NCBI GenBank assembly: GCA_913055885.1
Contig: CAJXLG010000002.1
Span: 1 to 41,436 of the forward strand
Source of the DNA: an uncultured Rhodospirillales bacterium
GTDB taxonomy: Bacteria > Pseudomonadota > Alphaproteobacteria > Rhodospirillales > CAJXLG01
Reading direction: 5' to 3'
DNA length: 41,436 nt
The translations under genes and the position numbers were made by a program. The notes beneath the pieces were generated by a model. It did not search any database. It saw only the letters and a program-made list of their open reading frames with translations, and was not told the origin of the DNA. Numbering within the stretch: the first letter of the stretch is position 1; each line of letters opens with the position of its first letter. This document shows, one piece after another, positions 1 through 7,733 of this stretch.

Positions 1-1008
1 CTTTCGGGCTCGGGCAAGTCCACCCTGGTGCGCATGCTGAACCGGCTCATCGAGCCCACCTACGGCAGCATCTGGGTGGACGGCCAGGACATCACGAAGA
101 TGTCCAAGAAGGACCTCATCAACATGCGCCGCCATGACATGACCATGGTGTTCCAGTCCTTCGCCCTCATGCCGCACAAGACGGTGCTGGACAACGCGGC
201 CTTCGGGCGCGAGGTGTCCGGCGACGACAAGGCCACCCAGCGCCGGTACGCCATGGAGGCGCTGGAGGCGGTGGGCCTCAAGGCCTACGCCAACGCCTAT
301 CCCGACGAGCTTTCCGGCGGCATGAAACAGCGGGTGGGCCTGGCCCGCGCCCTGGCCACCGACCCCACCATCATGCTCATGGACGAGGCCTTCTCGGCCC
401 TCGACCCGCTCATCCGCACGGAGATGCAGGACGAGCTCCTGCGCCTGCAGCAGCAGCACCAGCGCACGGTGATCTTCATCAGCCACGACCTGGACGAGGC
501 CATGCGAATCGGCGACCGCATCGCCATGATGGAGGGCGGCCGAATCGTCCAGGTGGGCACGCCGGACGAGATCGTGCAGCAGCCGGCCAACGAGTACGTC
601 CGCTCCTTCTTCCGCAACGTGGACGTGACCCAGGTGTTCCACGCCGGCGACATTGCCCGGCGCCAGGAGGTGACGGTCATCGAGCGCGCCGGAACGGGCG
701 TGCCCTCGGCGCTGGAGCGTGTGCGCGAGTACGACCGCGACATCGCCGTGGTGGTGGACAAGAACCAGACCTTCCACGGCCTGGCGTCCGTCAACTCGCT
801 GCTGGAGGAGAGCAAGAAGGCCGAGCCGAACCTGGACAATGCGCTGGAATCGGACGTGCAGGTCCTCGACAAGGATACGCCGCTGTCCGACGTGCTCACC
901 ACGGTGGCCAACAGCCGCTGGGACGTGGTCGTGGTGGACCAGAACAACCACTATCTCGGCACCATCAGCAAGACGGCGATCCTCCAGACACTGGACATGA
1001 TGAGTTAA
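1..1008 (+). CDS. proV: Glycine betaine/proline betaine ABC transporter ATP-binding subunit (ProV/OpuAA type), 5'-truncated by the window edge
   Basis: Frame 1 is open from nt 1 and begins inside the Walker A loop (LSGSGKSTLV). It continues with the ABC signature LSGGMKQRVGLARAL, Walker B IMLMDEAFSALD, H-loop ISHDLDEA and a C-terminal CBS-pair-like tail typical of ProV. The ORF-track start at 28 (GTG) is internal. A ProW-like permease starts 4 nt downstream. Confidence 0.9.
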   Translation, partial: LSGSGKSTLVRMLNRLIEPTYGSIWVDGQDITKMSKKDLINMRRHDMTMVFQSFALMPHKTVLDNAAFGREVSGDDKATQRRYAMEALEAVGLKAYANAYPDELSGGMKQRVGLARALATDPTIMLMDEAFSALDPLIRTEMQDELLRLQQQHQRTVIFISHDLDEAMRIGDRIAMMEGGRIVQVGTPDEIVQQPANEYVRSFFRNVDVTQVFHAGDIARRQEVTVIERAGTGVPSALERVREYDRDIAVVVDKNQTFHGLASVNSLLEESKKAEPNLDNALESDVQVLDKDTPLSDVLTTVANSRWDVVVVDQNNHYLGTISKTAILQTLDMMS

Positions 1009-1012
1009 GGCG

Positions 1013-1930
1013 ATGGCTGACTTCCAATACAACATCGAGATCGGCGATTACATCGCTGACGCCGTTAATTACGTGAACACCAACTGGGTGCCGGTCCTGG
1101 ACGGCATTTCCAGCTTCATCGGCTTCATCGTCGACGGCCTGGAGGGCCTGCTTCTGGCGATGCCGCCGCTGCTGCTGGCGGCGGTGCTGGTCGTCCTGGG
1201 GCTGTGGCGGGTGAGCTGGCGCTTCGCCATCACCGTGGCCGTGTTCATGTTCCTCATCATCGGCATGAACCTGTGGGAGGAGACGGTCTCCACCCTGGCC
1301 GTTGTGGTGGCCTCCAGCGCCATCGCCATCGTCATCGGCATGCCCATCGGCATCGCCATGTCCAAGAACGACTGGCTGCAGGCGACGCTGCGGCCCGTGC
1401 TGGACCTCATGCAGACCATGCCGCCCTTCGTCTATCTCATTCCGGCGGCCATGTTCTTCGGCCTGGGCAAGGTGCCGGGCTCCATCGCCACCCTGGTGTT
1501 CGCCATGCCGCCCATCGTGCGCCTGACGAACCTGGGCATCCGCCAGGTGAGCGTGGAGAACGTGGAGGCGGGGATCGCCTTCGGCTGCACGGACGGCCAG
1601 CTTCTTCGCAAGGTGCAGCTTCCGCTTGCCATGCCGTCGGTCATGGCGGGCGTGAACCAGACCATCATGCTGGCGCTCTCCATGGTGGTTATCGCCTCCA
1701 TGATCGGGGCCGGCGGTCTGGGCAGCACGGTGCTTACCGGTATTCAGCGCCTGAACGTGGGACTCGGTTTCGAAGGTGGCCTGGGCGTCGTGTTCCTGGC
1801 CATCATTCTGGACCGCATCACCCAGAGTTTCGGGCTGTCCGAGCGCGAGCGCGGTGAGGATCTCGTCACCCGCGCCGTGCGCGCCCTGATGGGGCGCCGC
1901 CACGACCAGGAGGAAGCGTCGTCCGCCTGA
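1013..1930 (+). CDS. proW: Glycine betaine/proline betaine ABC transporter permease (ProW/OpuAB type)
   Basis: 305-aa polytopic membrane protein with a binding-protein-dependent permease core (MQTMPPFVYLIPAAMFFGLGKVPG...). It sits between proV and two OpuAC-type binding proteins, tightly spaced after proV. Confidence 0.88.
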   Translation: MADFQYNIEIGDYIADAVNYVNTNWVPVLDGISSFIGFIVDGLEGLLLAMPPLLLAAVLVVLGLWRVSWRFAITVAVFMFLIIGMNLWEETVSTLAVVVASSAIAIVIGMPIGIAMSKNDWLQATLRPVLDLMQTMPPFVYLIPAAMFFGLGKVPGSIATLVFAMPPIVRLTNLGIRQVSVENVEAGIAFGCTDGQLLRKVQLPLAMPSVMAGVNQTIMLALSMVVIASMIGAGGLGSTVLTGIQRLNVGLGFEGGLGVVFLAIILDRITQSFGLSERERGEDLVTRAVRALMGRRHDQEEASSA

Positions 1931-1972
1931 GGGCGGACGCGTAACCAGAACTGGTAGAGGGAGGAGGATTTC

Positions 1973-2851
1973 ATGTTCAAGAAGTGTACCAGTCTGCTCG
2001 CCGGGGCCGCGGTGGCTGTGGGTATGGCCACCGCCCCCGCCATGGCCGCCGACAAGGAGATGACCATCGGCTGGACCCCGTGGTCCGATGCCGAGTTCGT
2101 CACCAAGCTGGCGAAGAAGATCCTGGAAGAGCGCATGGACTACAACGTCGAGCTGAAGCAGACGTCCATCGCGCCGCAATACCAGGGTGTCGCCGGCGGC
2201 AGCATCGACGCCATGCTGATGTCCTGGCTGCCGGGCACGCACGCCGACTACATGGACAAGACCGAGGCGGACACCATCAACCTCGGCATGCTGTACGGCA
2301 ACGCCGCCCTCGGCTGGGCCGTGCCGGCCTACGTGCCCAAGGACAAGGTGAACTCCATCTCGGACCTCAAGAAGGACGAGGTGCGCGAGAAGCTGGACGG
2401 CGAGATCCAGGGCATCGACCCGGGCGCCGGCCTGATGCGCCTGTCCAAGAAGGCCGTCAACGAGGACTACAACCTCGACTACAACCTGCTGGAGGCCTCC
2501 GGCTCCGCCATGACGGCGGCCCTGAAGCGCGCCATCCAGCGTGACGAGTGGATCGTCGTCACCGGCTGGCGGCCGCACTGGATGAACCAGGCCTTCGACA
2601 TCCGCTACCTCGAGGACCCGAAGGGCAGCCTGGGCAAGGCCGAGCGCATTCACGCCATCGCGCGCGAGGGCTTCTACCAGGACAACGTGCACGCCGGCAT
2701 CATGCTGGCCCGCATGTACATCCCGATGGATGAGCTCGAGGGCGCCATGGCCTACGCCCAGGAGAACTCCTACGAGAAGGCCGTGGACCGCTACATCAAG
2801 AACCATCAGGATCGCGTCGACTACTGGGTGACGGGCGACATGCCCAAGTAG
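1973..2851 (+). CDS. proX: Periplasmic glycine betaine/compatible-solute binding protein (OpuAC/ProX family), copy 1
   Basis: Signal peptide MFKKCTSLLAGAAVAVGMATAPAMAA. OpuAC-type motifs GWTPWSDAEF and VTGWRPHWM. GGAGGAGG Shine-Dalgarno just upstream of the ATG. High GC3 coding frame. Confidence 0.85.
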   Translation: MFKKCTSLLAGAAVAVGMATAPAMAADKEMTIGWTPWSDAEFVTKLAKKILEERMDYNVELKQTSIAPQYQGVAGGSIDAMLMSWLPGTHADYMDKTEADTINLGMLYGNAALGWAVPAYVPKDKVNSISDLKKDEVREKLDGEIQGIDPGAGLMRLSKKAVNEDYNLDYNLLEASGSAMTAALKRAIQRDEWIVVTGWRPHWMNQAFDIRYLEDPKGSLGKAERIHAIAREGFYQDNVHAGIMLARMYIPMDELEGAMAYAQENSYEKAVDRYIKNHQDRVDYWVTGDMPK

Positions 2852-2874
2852 GACGCATTCGTCCGCATGGCACC

Positions 2875-2899
2875 GGCCCGGGGCGGCACGCCCCGGGCC
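2875..2899 (+). other. Intercistronic GC-rich hairpin between the two binding-protein genes (11-bp stem, 3-nt loop, no U-tract)
   Basis: GGCCCGGGGCG-gca-CGCCCCGGGCC read directly from the sequence. No T-run follows, so it is not a canonical intrinsic terminator. It may be an mRNA stabiliser or processing element. Confidence 0.4.
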
Positions 2900-2971
2900 G
2901 GCCGCCTGCGGCCCGGGCAGGTCACCGCCAAAAGGGGGCGCGGTCACGACCACCCGAGAGGGCAAACCCCG

Positions 2972-3865
2972 ATGTTCTCCAAAAACAAACCGCTTTTCGT
3001 GGCGGCCGCCATGGCCGTCGGCCTGACGGCCGGCCCCGCTGCCGCCAAGGATCAGATTACCCTGGGCTGGACCGACTGGTCCGACGCCGAGTTCATCACC
3101 AGGCTGACCGAACGGGTCCTGGAAGACAGGCTGGACTACGAGGTCGAGCTGGTGGAAAAGCCCATCGACAAGCAGTACGAGGCCGTGGCCAACGGCACCA
3201 TCGACGGCATGCTCATGTCCTGGCAGCCGGCCACCCATGCCCAATACCTGGAAGAGGTGGGCGGCAAGACCGTCAACCTGGGCATGCTCTACGGCATGGA
3301 GGACTCGAGCCACATTCACGCCAGCCTGGGCCTGGCCGTTCCCGAGTATGTGCCGGAAAGCGAGGTGGCGACCATCGCCGATCTCGACAAGGACGCCGTT
3401 CGCGAAAAGCTGAACGGCCGCATCGAGGGGATCGGCGAGAGCGCCGGCCTGACCGACATGGCCAGGGACGCCGTCGGCACCTATGACCTCGACTACACCG
3501 TGGCGACGCAGCCCGCCGACGCCATGACCGACGCCCTGGACACCGCCTTCGCCAACAAGGCGTGGGTGGTGGTCACCGGCTGGCGGCCCCACTGGATGTT
3601 CGGCAAATACGACCTGCGCTTCCTGAAGGACCCGCAGCACGTCCTGGGCAGGACCGAGCGGATCCACGCCGTCGTCCGCGAGGGTTTCTACCAGGACAAC
3701 GTGCACGCCGGCATCACGCTGGCCCGCATGTACATCCCGCTCCGCGACCTGGAAAACGCCATGGCGCGGGCGCACCGGACGTCCGTGTCGGAGGCCGTGG
3801 ACCATTACATGGCCAACAACGAGGATCGCGTGAACTACTGGGTGACGGGCGACATGCCGGAGTAA
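2972..3865 (+). CDS. Periplasmic compatible-solute binding protein (OpuAC/ProX family), tandem paralog copy 2
   Basis: An internal ATG at 2972 gives the signal peptide MFSKNKPLFVAAAMAVGLTAGPAAA. The ORF-track start at 2867 would add an Arg/Gly-rich non-signal extension. It shares GWTDWSDAEF, VTGWRPHWM, REGFYQDNVHAGI and the C-terminal YWVTGDMP with copy 1, at roughly half identity by eye. Confidence 0.8.
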   Translation: MFSKNKPLFVAAAMAVGLTAGPAAAKDQITLGWTDWSDAEFITRLTERVLEDRLDYEVELVEKPIDKQYEAVANGTIDGMLMSWQPATHAQYLEEVGGKTVNLGMLYGMEDSSHIHASLGLAVPEYVPESEVATIADLDKDAVREKLNGRIEGIGESAGLTDMARDAVGTYDLDYTVATQPADAMTDALDTAFANKAWVVVTGWRPHWMFGKYDLRFLKDPQHVLGRTERIHAVVREGFYQDNVHAGITLARMYIPLRDLENAMARAHRTSVSEAVDHYMANNEDRVNYWVTGDMPE

Positions 3866-3915
3866 CGGCACGCCGCCCCACCCGACGGTGAGCCCACCCC
3901 ACCCGGGGACGCATT

Positions 3916-3944
3916 GGGCCGGGGCCGCGCGCCCCGGCCCTTTT
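3916..3944 (+). terminator. Rho-independent terminator after the betaine transporter operon
   Basis: 9-bp GC stem GGGCCGGGG / CCCCGGCCC with a 7-nt loop, followed directly by TTTT (3941-3944). It lies 51 nt after the stop of the second binding-protein gene. Confidence 0.65.
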
Positions 3945-3970
3945 GCGTCGGCGGTCCTGTGGCGTATAGT
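3943..3970 (+). promoter_or_regulatory. Candidate sigma70-type promoter for the usp gene
   Basis: TTGCGT (3943-3948), 16-nt spacer, TATAGT (3965-3970), about 38 nt upstream of the ATG at 4009. Pattern match only. Confidence 0.3.
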
Positions 3971-4008
3971 GGCGGGGCTCCGGCGGCACGAGAACGAAAG
4001 GAAGACTC

Positions 4009-4833
4009 ATGGCCTACAAGGACATCCTGGTGCACCTGGACCCCGGCGGCGACATCGAGACGCGCGCCATGGCGGCAGCGCGGCTCGCCGCGGCGCAGGA
4101 GGCCCACCTGACGGGGCTGTTCGTTCGCACGCCGCCGCACATCCCGCCCTTCGTCCAGGCCCAGCTGGGCAGCGAGGTCATGAACGCCCAGATGGCCCGC
4201 GCCCGCGAGGCGGCGGAAGCGGCGGAAAAGACCTTCCGCGAGGTGGCCGAGCGTTACCAGGTGCCCCATGAGTGGCGCGACACCGAGGGCAGCATGGTGG
4301 AGATGGTGGGCCTGCACGCCCGCTACGCCGACCTCACCGTGGTGGGCCAGGCCAACCCCGACACCGAGGAAGCCGACTACGCCGTGCCCGACCATCTGGT
4401 CATGGACGGCGGCCGGCCCGTCCTGGTGCTGCCGCACAGCGGCACCTTTCCCGTCCTGGGCCAACACATCCTGGTGGGCTGGAGCGCCAGCCGCGAAAGC
4501 GCGCGCGCCGTGCACGACGCCATGCCCCTGCTGACCCGGGCGGAAAAGGTGACGGTGCTGGCCGTCAACCCCACGGCCGGCATTTACGGCGAACTGCCGG
4601 GGGCCGACATCGCCCGCCACCTGGCGCGCCACGGCGTCAACGCCGAGGCCGAGCACATCCACAGCGACGACGTGGACGTGGGCTCCACCCTCATGACCCA
4701 GGCCGGCGACAGGAACGCCGACATGGTGGTCATGGGCGCCTACGGCCACTCGCGCCTGCGCGAACTGGTGCTGGGCGGGGCCACGCAGCAGGTCCTGCGC
4801 TACACCACCCGGCCCGTCTTCATGAGCCACTGA
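4009..4833 (+). CDS. Universal stress protein, tandem UspA-domain type
   Basis: 274 aa with two Usp-like halves. It starts MAYKDILVHLD and has a C-terminal ATP-binding-like motif VVMGAYGHSRLRELVLGGAT. AAGGAAG Shine-Dalgarno upstream. Confidence 0.85.
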   Translation: MAYKDILVHLDPGGDIETRAMAAARLAAAQEAHLTGLFVRTPPHIPPFVQAQLGSEVMNAQMARAREAAEAAEKTFREVAERYQVPHEWRDTEGSMVEMVGLHARYADLTVVGQANPDTEEADYAVPDHLVMDGGRPVLVLPHSGTFPVLGQHILVGWSASRESARAVHDAMPLLTRAEKVTVLAVNPTAGIYGELPGADIARHLARHGVNAEAEHIHSDDVDVGSTLMTQAGDRNADMVVMGAYGHSRLRELVLGGATQQVLRYTTRPVFMSH

Positions 4834-4844
4834 GCGGAGGCGGC

Positions 4845-6506
4845 GTGGCGCGCACGGGCGGACAGGCCGTCGCCGGAACCCTGGCGCGCCACGGCGCGCG
4901 GCGCCTGTTCTGCGTGCCCGGCGAGAGCGTCCTGCCACTCCTGGACGCCCTGGCCGACGGAACGGGCCCGCGTCCCGTGCCCTGCCGGCACGAGGGCGGC
5001 GCCGCCTTCATGGCGGAGGCGGCGGGTCGCCTCACGGGGCGCCCCGGCGTCGCCGTGGCGGCGCGCGGGCCGGGCCTGTGCAATGCCGCCATCGCCGTGC
5101 ACAGCGCCCTGCTGGACAGCACACCGCTGGTTCTCCTTGCCGGGCTGGCGCCCGCCGGCAACACGGGGCGCGGCGCCTTCCAGGAAATCGACGCCGCGGC
5201 CCTGTTCGGCGCCGTGGCCAAGGCCGTGACGGTGGTGGACCGCGCCGACCGCCTGCCCGAGGCCGTGGCGCGGGCCTTCCACACCGCCGTGAGCGGCCGC
5301 CCCGGGCCGGTGGTGGTGGCCGCGCCGCACGATGTCCTGGCGGCGCCCACCGACGCGGTGCCGGCGGACCCGGTGCCCGCCGTCCGGGCCCATCCCGACC
5401 CGCGCGCCATGGCCGCCCTGGCCGACCGCCTGCGCGACGCGGCGGACCCCCTGCTGCTGCTGGGGGGCGGCGGCTGGGACGACGCGGCGCGCGCCGCCGT
5501 GCGCGATTTCGCCGCGGCCCAGGACATCCCCGTCGCCGTGGGCTTCCGCCGGCACGACCTGTTCCCCACGGCGCATCCGTGCTTCGCCGGCGAACTGGGG
5601 CTGGCCGCCGACCCGGCGCTGGTGCGCCGGGCGCGGGCGGCCGATCCCCTCATCGCCGTGGGGACGCGCCTGGCGGCGGTCACCACCCAGGACCACACGG
5701 TGCCCGGCCCGCCGGGCGACGCCCCGCACCTGGCGCACGTTCATCCGGTGGCGGAAACTCTGGGGGCCACCCACCGGCCGGGCCTGGCCGTCCAGGCCGA
5801 TCCCGCGCCCTTCGCCGAGGCGGCGGCGGCCCTGCCCGCCGTGGTGCCGTCGGCGCGCGCGGCGGCGCGGCACGACGCGCGCGCCGATTACGAGACCTTC
5901 GCCGATCCGGAGAAGGCGCCCGAGGGGGCGTCGCGTGCCCTGGCCCGCGCCATGCGGACGCTGGACGCCGAGCTGCCGGCGGATGCCGTGGTGGCCGTGG
6001 ACGCCGGCAATTTCGCCGGCTGGCCGCAACGCTACCTGACCCTCGGCGGCCCCGCCCCCGCGCGGCGCTTCCTGGCGCCGGTGAGCGGCGCCATGGGCTA
6101 CGGCGCGCCGGCCGGCATCGCCGCCGCCCTGGAGACCCCGGGGCGGCCCGTGATCGCCTTCTGCGGCGACGGCGGCTTCCTCATGAACGACGGCGAGCTG
6201 GCTACGGCGGTGCAGGAGAACGCCGCCGTGGTCTTCGTCGTGGTGGACAACGCCCAGTACGGCACCATCCGGTTGCACCAGGAAAGCCTCTATCCCGGCC
6301 GCGCCGTGGCCACCGGCCTCACCAGCCCGGACTTCGCCGCCCTGGCCCGCGCCCACGGCGCCGCGGCCTGGACGGTGGACGCGCCGGGCGGCCTGATGAC
6401 CGCCATGCGCGAGGCGCTGGCGACGGCCGCCCCCGCCCTGGTGCACCTCAGGCTGCCGCGCGAGACCCTCTCCGTGGACACCCGGCTGGAGGACCTGGCG
6501 CCGTGA
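4845..6506 (+). CDS. Thiamine-pyrophosphate-dependent enzyme (acetolactate synthase large-subunit-like family)
   Basis: The GTG at 4845 is preceded by GGAGG. The N-terminus VARTGGQAVAGTLARHGARRLFCVPGESVLPLLDAL is a typical TPP_enzyme_N start. TPP-binding motif GDGGFLMNDGEL...VVVDN lies near the C-terminus. The upstream part of ORF 4272..6506 overlaps usp out of frame and is Arg/Pro/Gly junk. Confidence 0.8.
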   Translation: MARTGGQAVAGTLARHGARRLFCVPGESVLPLLDALADGTGPRPVPCRHEGGAAFMAEAAGRLTGRPGVAVAARGPGLCNAAIAVHSALLDSTPLVLLAGLAPAGNTGRGAFQEIDAAALFGAVAKAVTVVDRADRLPEAVARAFHTAVSGRPGPVVVAAPHDVLAAPTDAVPADPVPAVRAHPDPRAMAALADRLRDAADPLLLLGGGGWDDAARAAVRDFAAAQDIPVAVGFRRHDLFPTAHPCFAGELGLAADPALVRRARAADPLIAVGTRLAAVTTQDHTVPGPPGDAPHLAHVHPVAETLGATHRPGLAVQADPAPFAEAAAALPAVVPSARAAARHDARADYETFADPEKAPEGASRALARAMRTLDAELPADAVVAVDAGNFAGWPQRYLTLGGPAPARRFLAPVSGAMGYGAPAGIAAALETPGRPVIAFCGDGGFLMNDGELATAVQENAAVVFVVVDNAQYGTIRLHQESLYPGRAVATGLTSPDFAALARAHGAAAWTVDAPGGLMTAMREALATAAPALVHLRLPRETLSVDTRLEDLAP

Positions 6507-7477
6507 ACGCGGCCGACGCCACCGTGTGGGCCCTGACGGACGACCGGCCGGGCAACAACGCCCAGGTGCTGGGCGTGGCCGAGGCCCTGGGGCGGCCCTT
6601 CCGCGACGTGCCCCTGGCCTACACGCGGGCGGCGCGCCTGCCCGACTGGCTGCGCGGGGCGAGCCTCCTCGGCCTGACGCCGGCCACGGTGGCGACCCTG
6701 GTGCCGCCCTATCCGGCGCTGGTCATCACGGCCGGCCGGCGCGCCGCGCCAGCGGGGCGCTGGCTGCGCGCCCAGGCGGGAACGCGCCACGTCCAGCTCA
6801 TGGACCCGGGCCCGGAGGCGCGGCGGGCCGTGGACCTCCTGGTGCTGCCCGAGCACGACCGCCCCGTGCGCACCAACGCGCCCGTGCTGCGGGTGACGGG
6901 GGCGCCGCACCGCTGGACGCCGGAGCGCCTGGCCGGGGCGGCGGCGGAATGGCGCCCCGCCTTCGACGGCCTGCCCGGGCCGTGGATCGCCGCCCTGGTG
7001 GGGGGCAGCACGAAACGGCGGCGCTTCACGCCGGCCATGGCCGAGACCCTGGGGGCGCGGCTGGCGGCCCTGGCCGACTCCACGGGGGGCAGCCTGCTCG
7101 TCTCCACCAGCCGGCGCACGCCCGCGGACGCCGAGGAACGGCTGCGGCGGGCCACCGCCGGCCGGCCGGGCGTGTTCTACGCCTGGCACGCGGGCGGGAC
7201 CAACCCGTACCCGGGCTTCCTGGCCCTGGCCGATGCCATCGTGGTGACGGGCGAGAGCATGGGCATGTGCACGGAGGCGTGCGCCGCCCCCGGGGCGGTG
7301 CACATCTTCGCCCCGGAGGGCCTCGTCACCGCCAAGAATGCCCGCCTGCACCGGGCGCTGTACGACGGGGGCTATGCCACCCCCCTGCCGGACCACTGGG
7401 CGCCCGTGGGCCATCCGCCCCTCAACCCGGCGGCCGAGGTGGCGGCGGCGATCCGCCAGCGATGGCCGGACGGGTAG
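6503..7477 (+). CDS. ELM1/DUF1022 family protein (mitochondrial-fission ELM1-like, predicted glycosyltransferase-fold)
   Basis: The GTG at 6503 overlaps the TPP-enzyme stop (GTGA). VWALTDDRPGNNAQVLGVAEALG, PALVITAGRR, LVLPEHD, LVGGSTKRRRF, STSRRTP and VVTGESMGMCTEA match my recollection of the ELM1 family consensus. Only the last 325 codons of ORF 5078..7477 look protein-like. Confidence 0.8.
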   Translation: MNAADATVWALTDDRPGNNAQVLGVAEALGRPFRDVPLAYTRAARLPDWLRGASLLGLTPATVATLVPPYPALVITAGRRAAPAGRWLRAQAGTRHVQLMDPGPEARRAVDLLVLPEHDRPVRTNAPVLRVTGAPHRWTPERLAGAAAEWRPAFDGLPGPWIAALVGGSTKRRRFTPAMAETLGARLAALADSTGGSLLVSTSRRTPADAEERLRRATAGRPGVFYAWHAGGTNPYPGFLALADAIVVTGESMGMCTEACAAPGAVHIFAPEGLVTAKNARLHRALYDGGYATPLPDHWAPVGHPPLNPAAEVAAAIRQRWPDG

Positions 7478-7484
7478 GGGGCCC
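7473..7484. repeat. Left 12-bp direct repeat GGTAGGGGGCCC (candidate target-site duplication)
   Basis: Exact 12-nt copy of 7692-7703. It contains the TAG stop (7475-7477) of the ELM1-family gene. Confidence 0.6.
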
Positions 7485-7691
7485 AGGACATTCCCCATGT
7501 TTTCTCGAACGCCCGTCGGGTGGCGCCATCTTTCGAGGCTCCGCCTTGGGCGGAGCACCTCAAGATGACGATTATGATGACATATTCGCCGTATGATCGT
7601 CGTCCTGAGGTGCTCTTTTCCCTGAAAAGAGCCTCGAAGGACGACAACAAAACGCATGGATTGTACGCGCCAAGTAGGTGGGGAATGTCCT
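7485..7691. mobile_element. 207-bp MITE-like non-autonomous element with 13-bp perfect terminal inverted repeats
   Basis: AGGACATTCCCCA (7485-7497) is the exact reverse complement of TGGGGAATGTCCT (7679-7691). The element is flanked by identical 12-bp direct repeats. Hand-counted GC is 112/207 (54%), well below the flanks. There is no credible ORF inside and two internal hairpins (7535-7561, 7599-7645). Confidence 0.5.
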
Positions 7692-7703
7692 GGTAGGGGG
7701 CCC
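7692..7703. repeat. Right 12-bp direct repeat GGTAGGGGGCCC (candidate target-site duplication)
   Basis: Exact copy of 7473-7484, immediately outside the right inverted repeat. Confidence 0.6.
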
Positions 7704-7733
7704 GCTTGTCCCCGGGGTCCGCCTCGCCGTACC

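Noticed and set aside
965-3871. 968-aa minus-strand ORF spanning proW and both binding-protein genes
   Set aside because: It is antisense to three well-supported genes. The translation is Arg/Gly/His/Val/Pro-rich low-complexity sequence with no recognisable domain. Long stop-free antisense frames are expected at this GC content.
4272-4844. N-terminal extensions of ORFs 4272..6506 and 5078..7477, and of 12186..14840 and 16983..18041
   Set aside because: The extensions overlap neighbouring real genes out of frame and are Arg/Pro/Gly-rich. Internal starts with SD sequences and proper N-termini or signal peptides (4845, 6503, 13472, 17732) explain the protein-like parts.
7485-7691. 6S RNA (ssrS) interpretation of the inverted-repeat-bounded 207-nt segment
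   Set aside because: The ends pair, as in 6S RNA. By hand, however, the interior does not fold into one long interrupted helix with a central bubble; pairing inward of the terminal stem is poor. The 12-bp direct repeats outside the stem are better explained by transposition. I kept it only as an alternative hypothesis in the finding.
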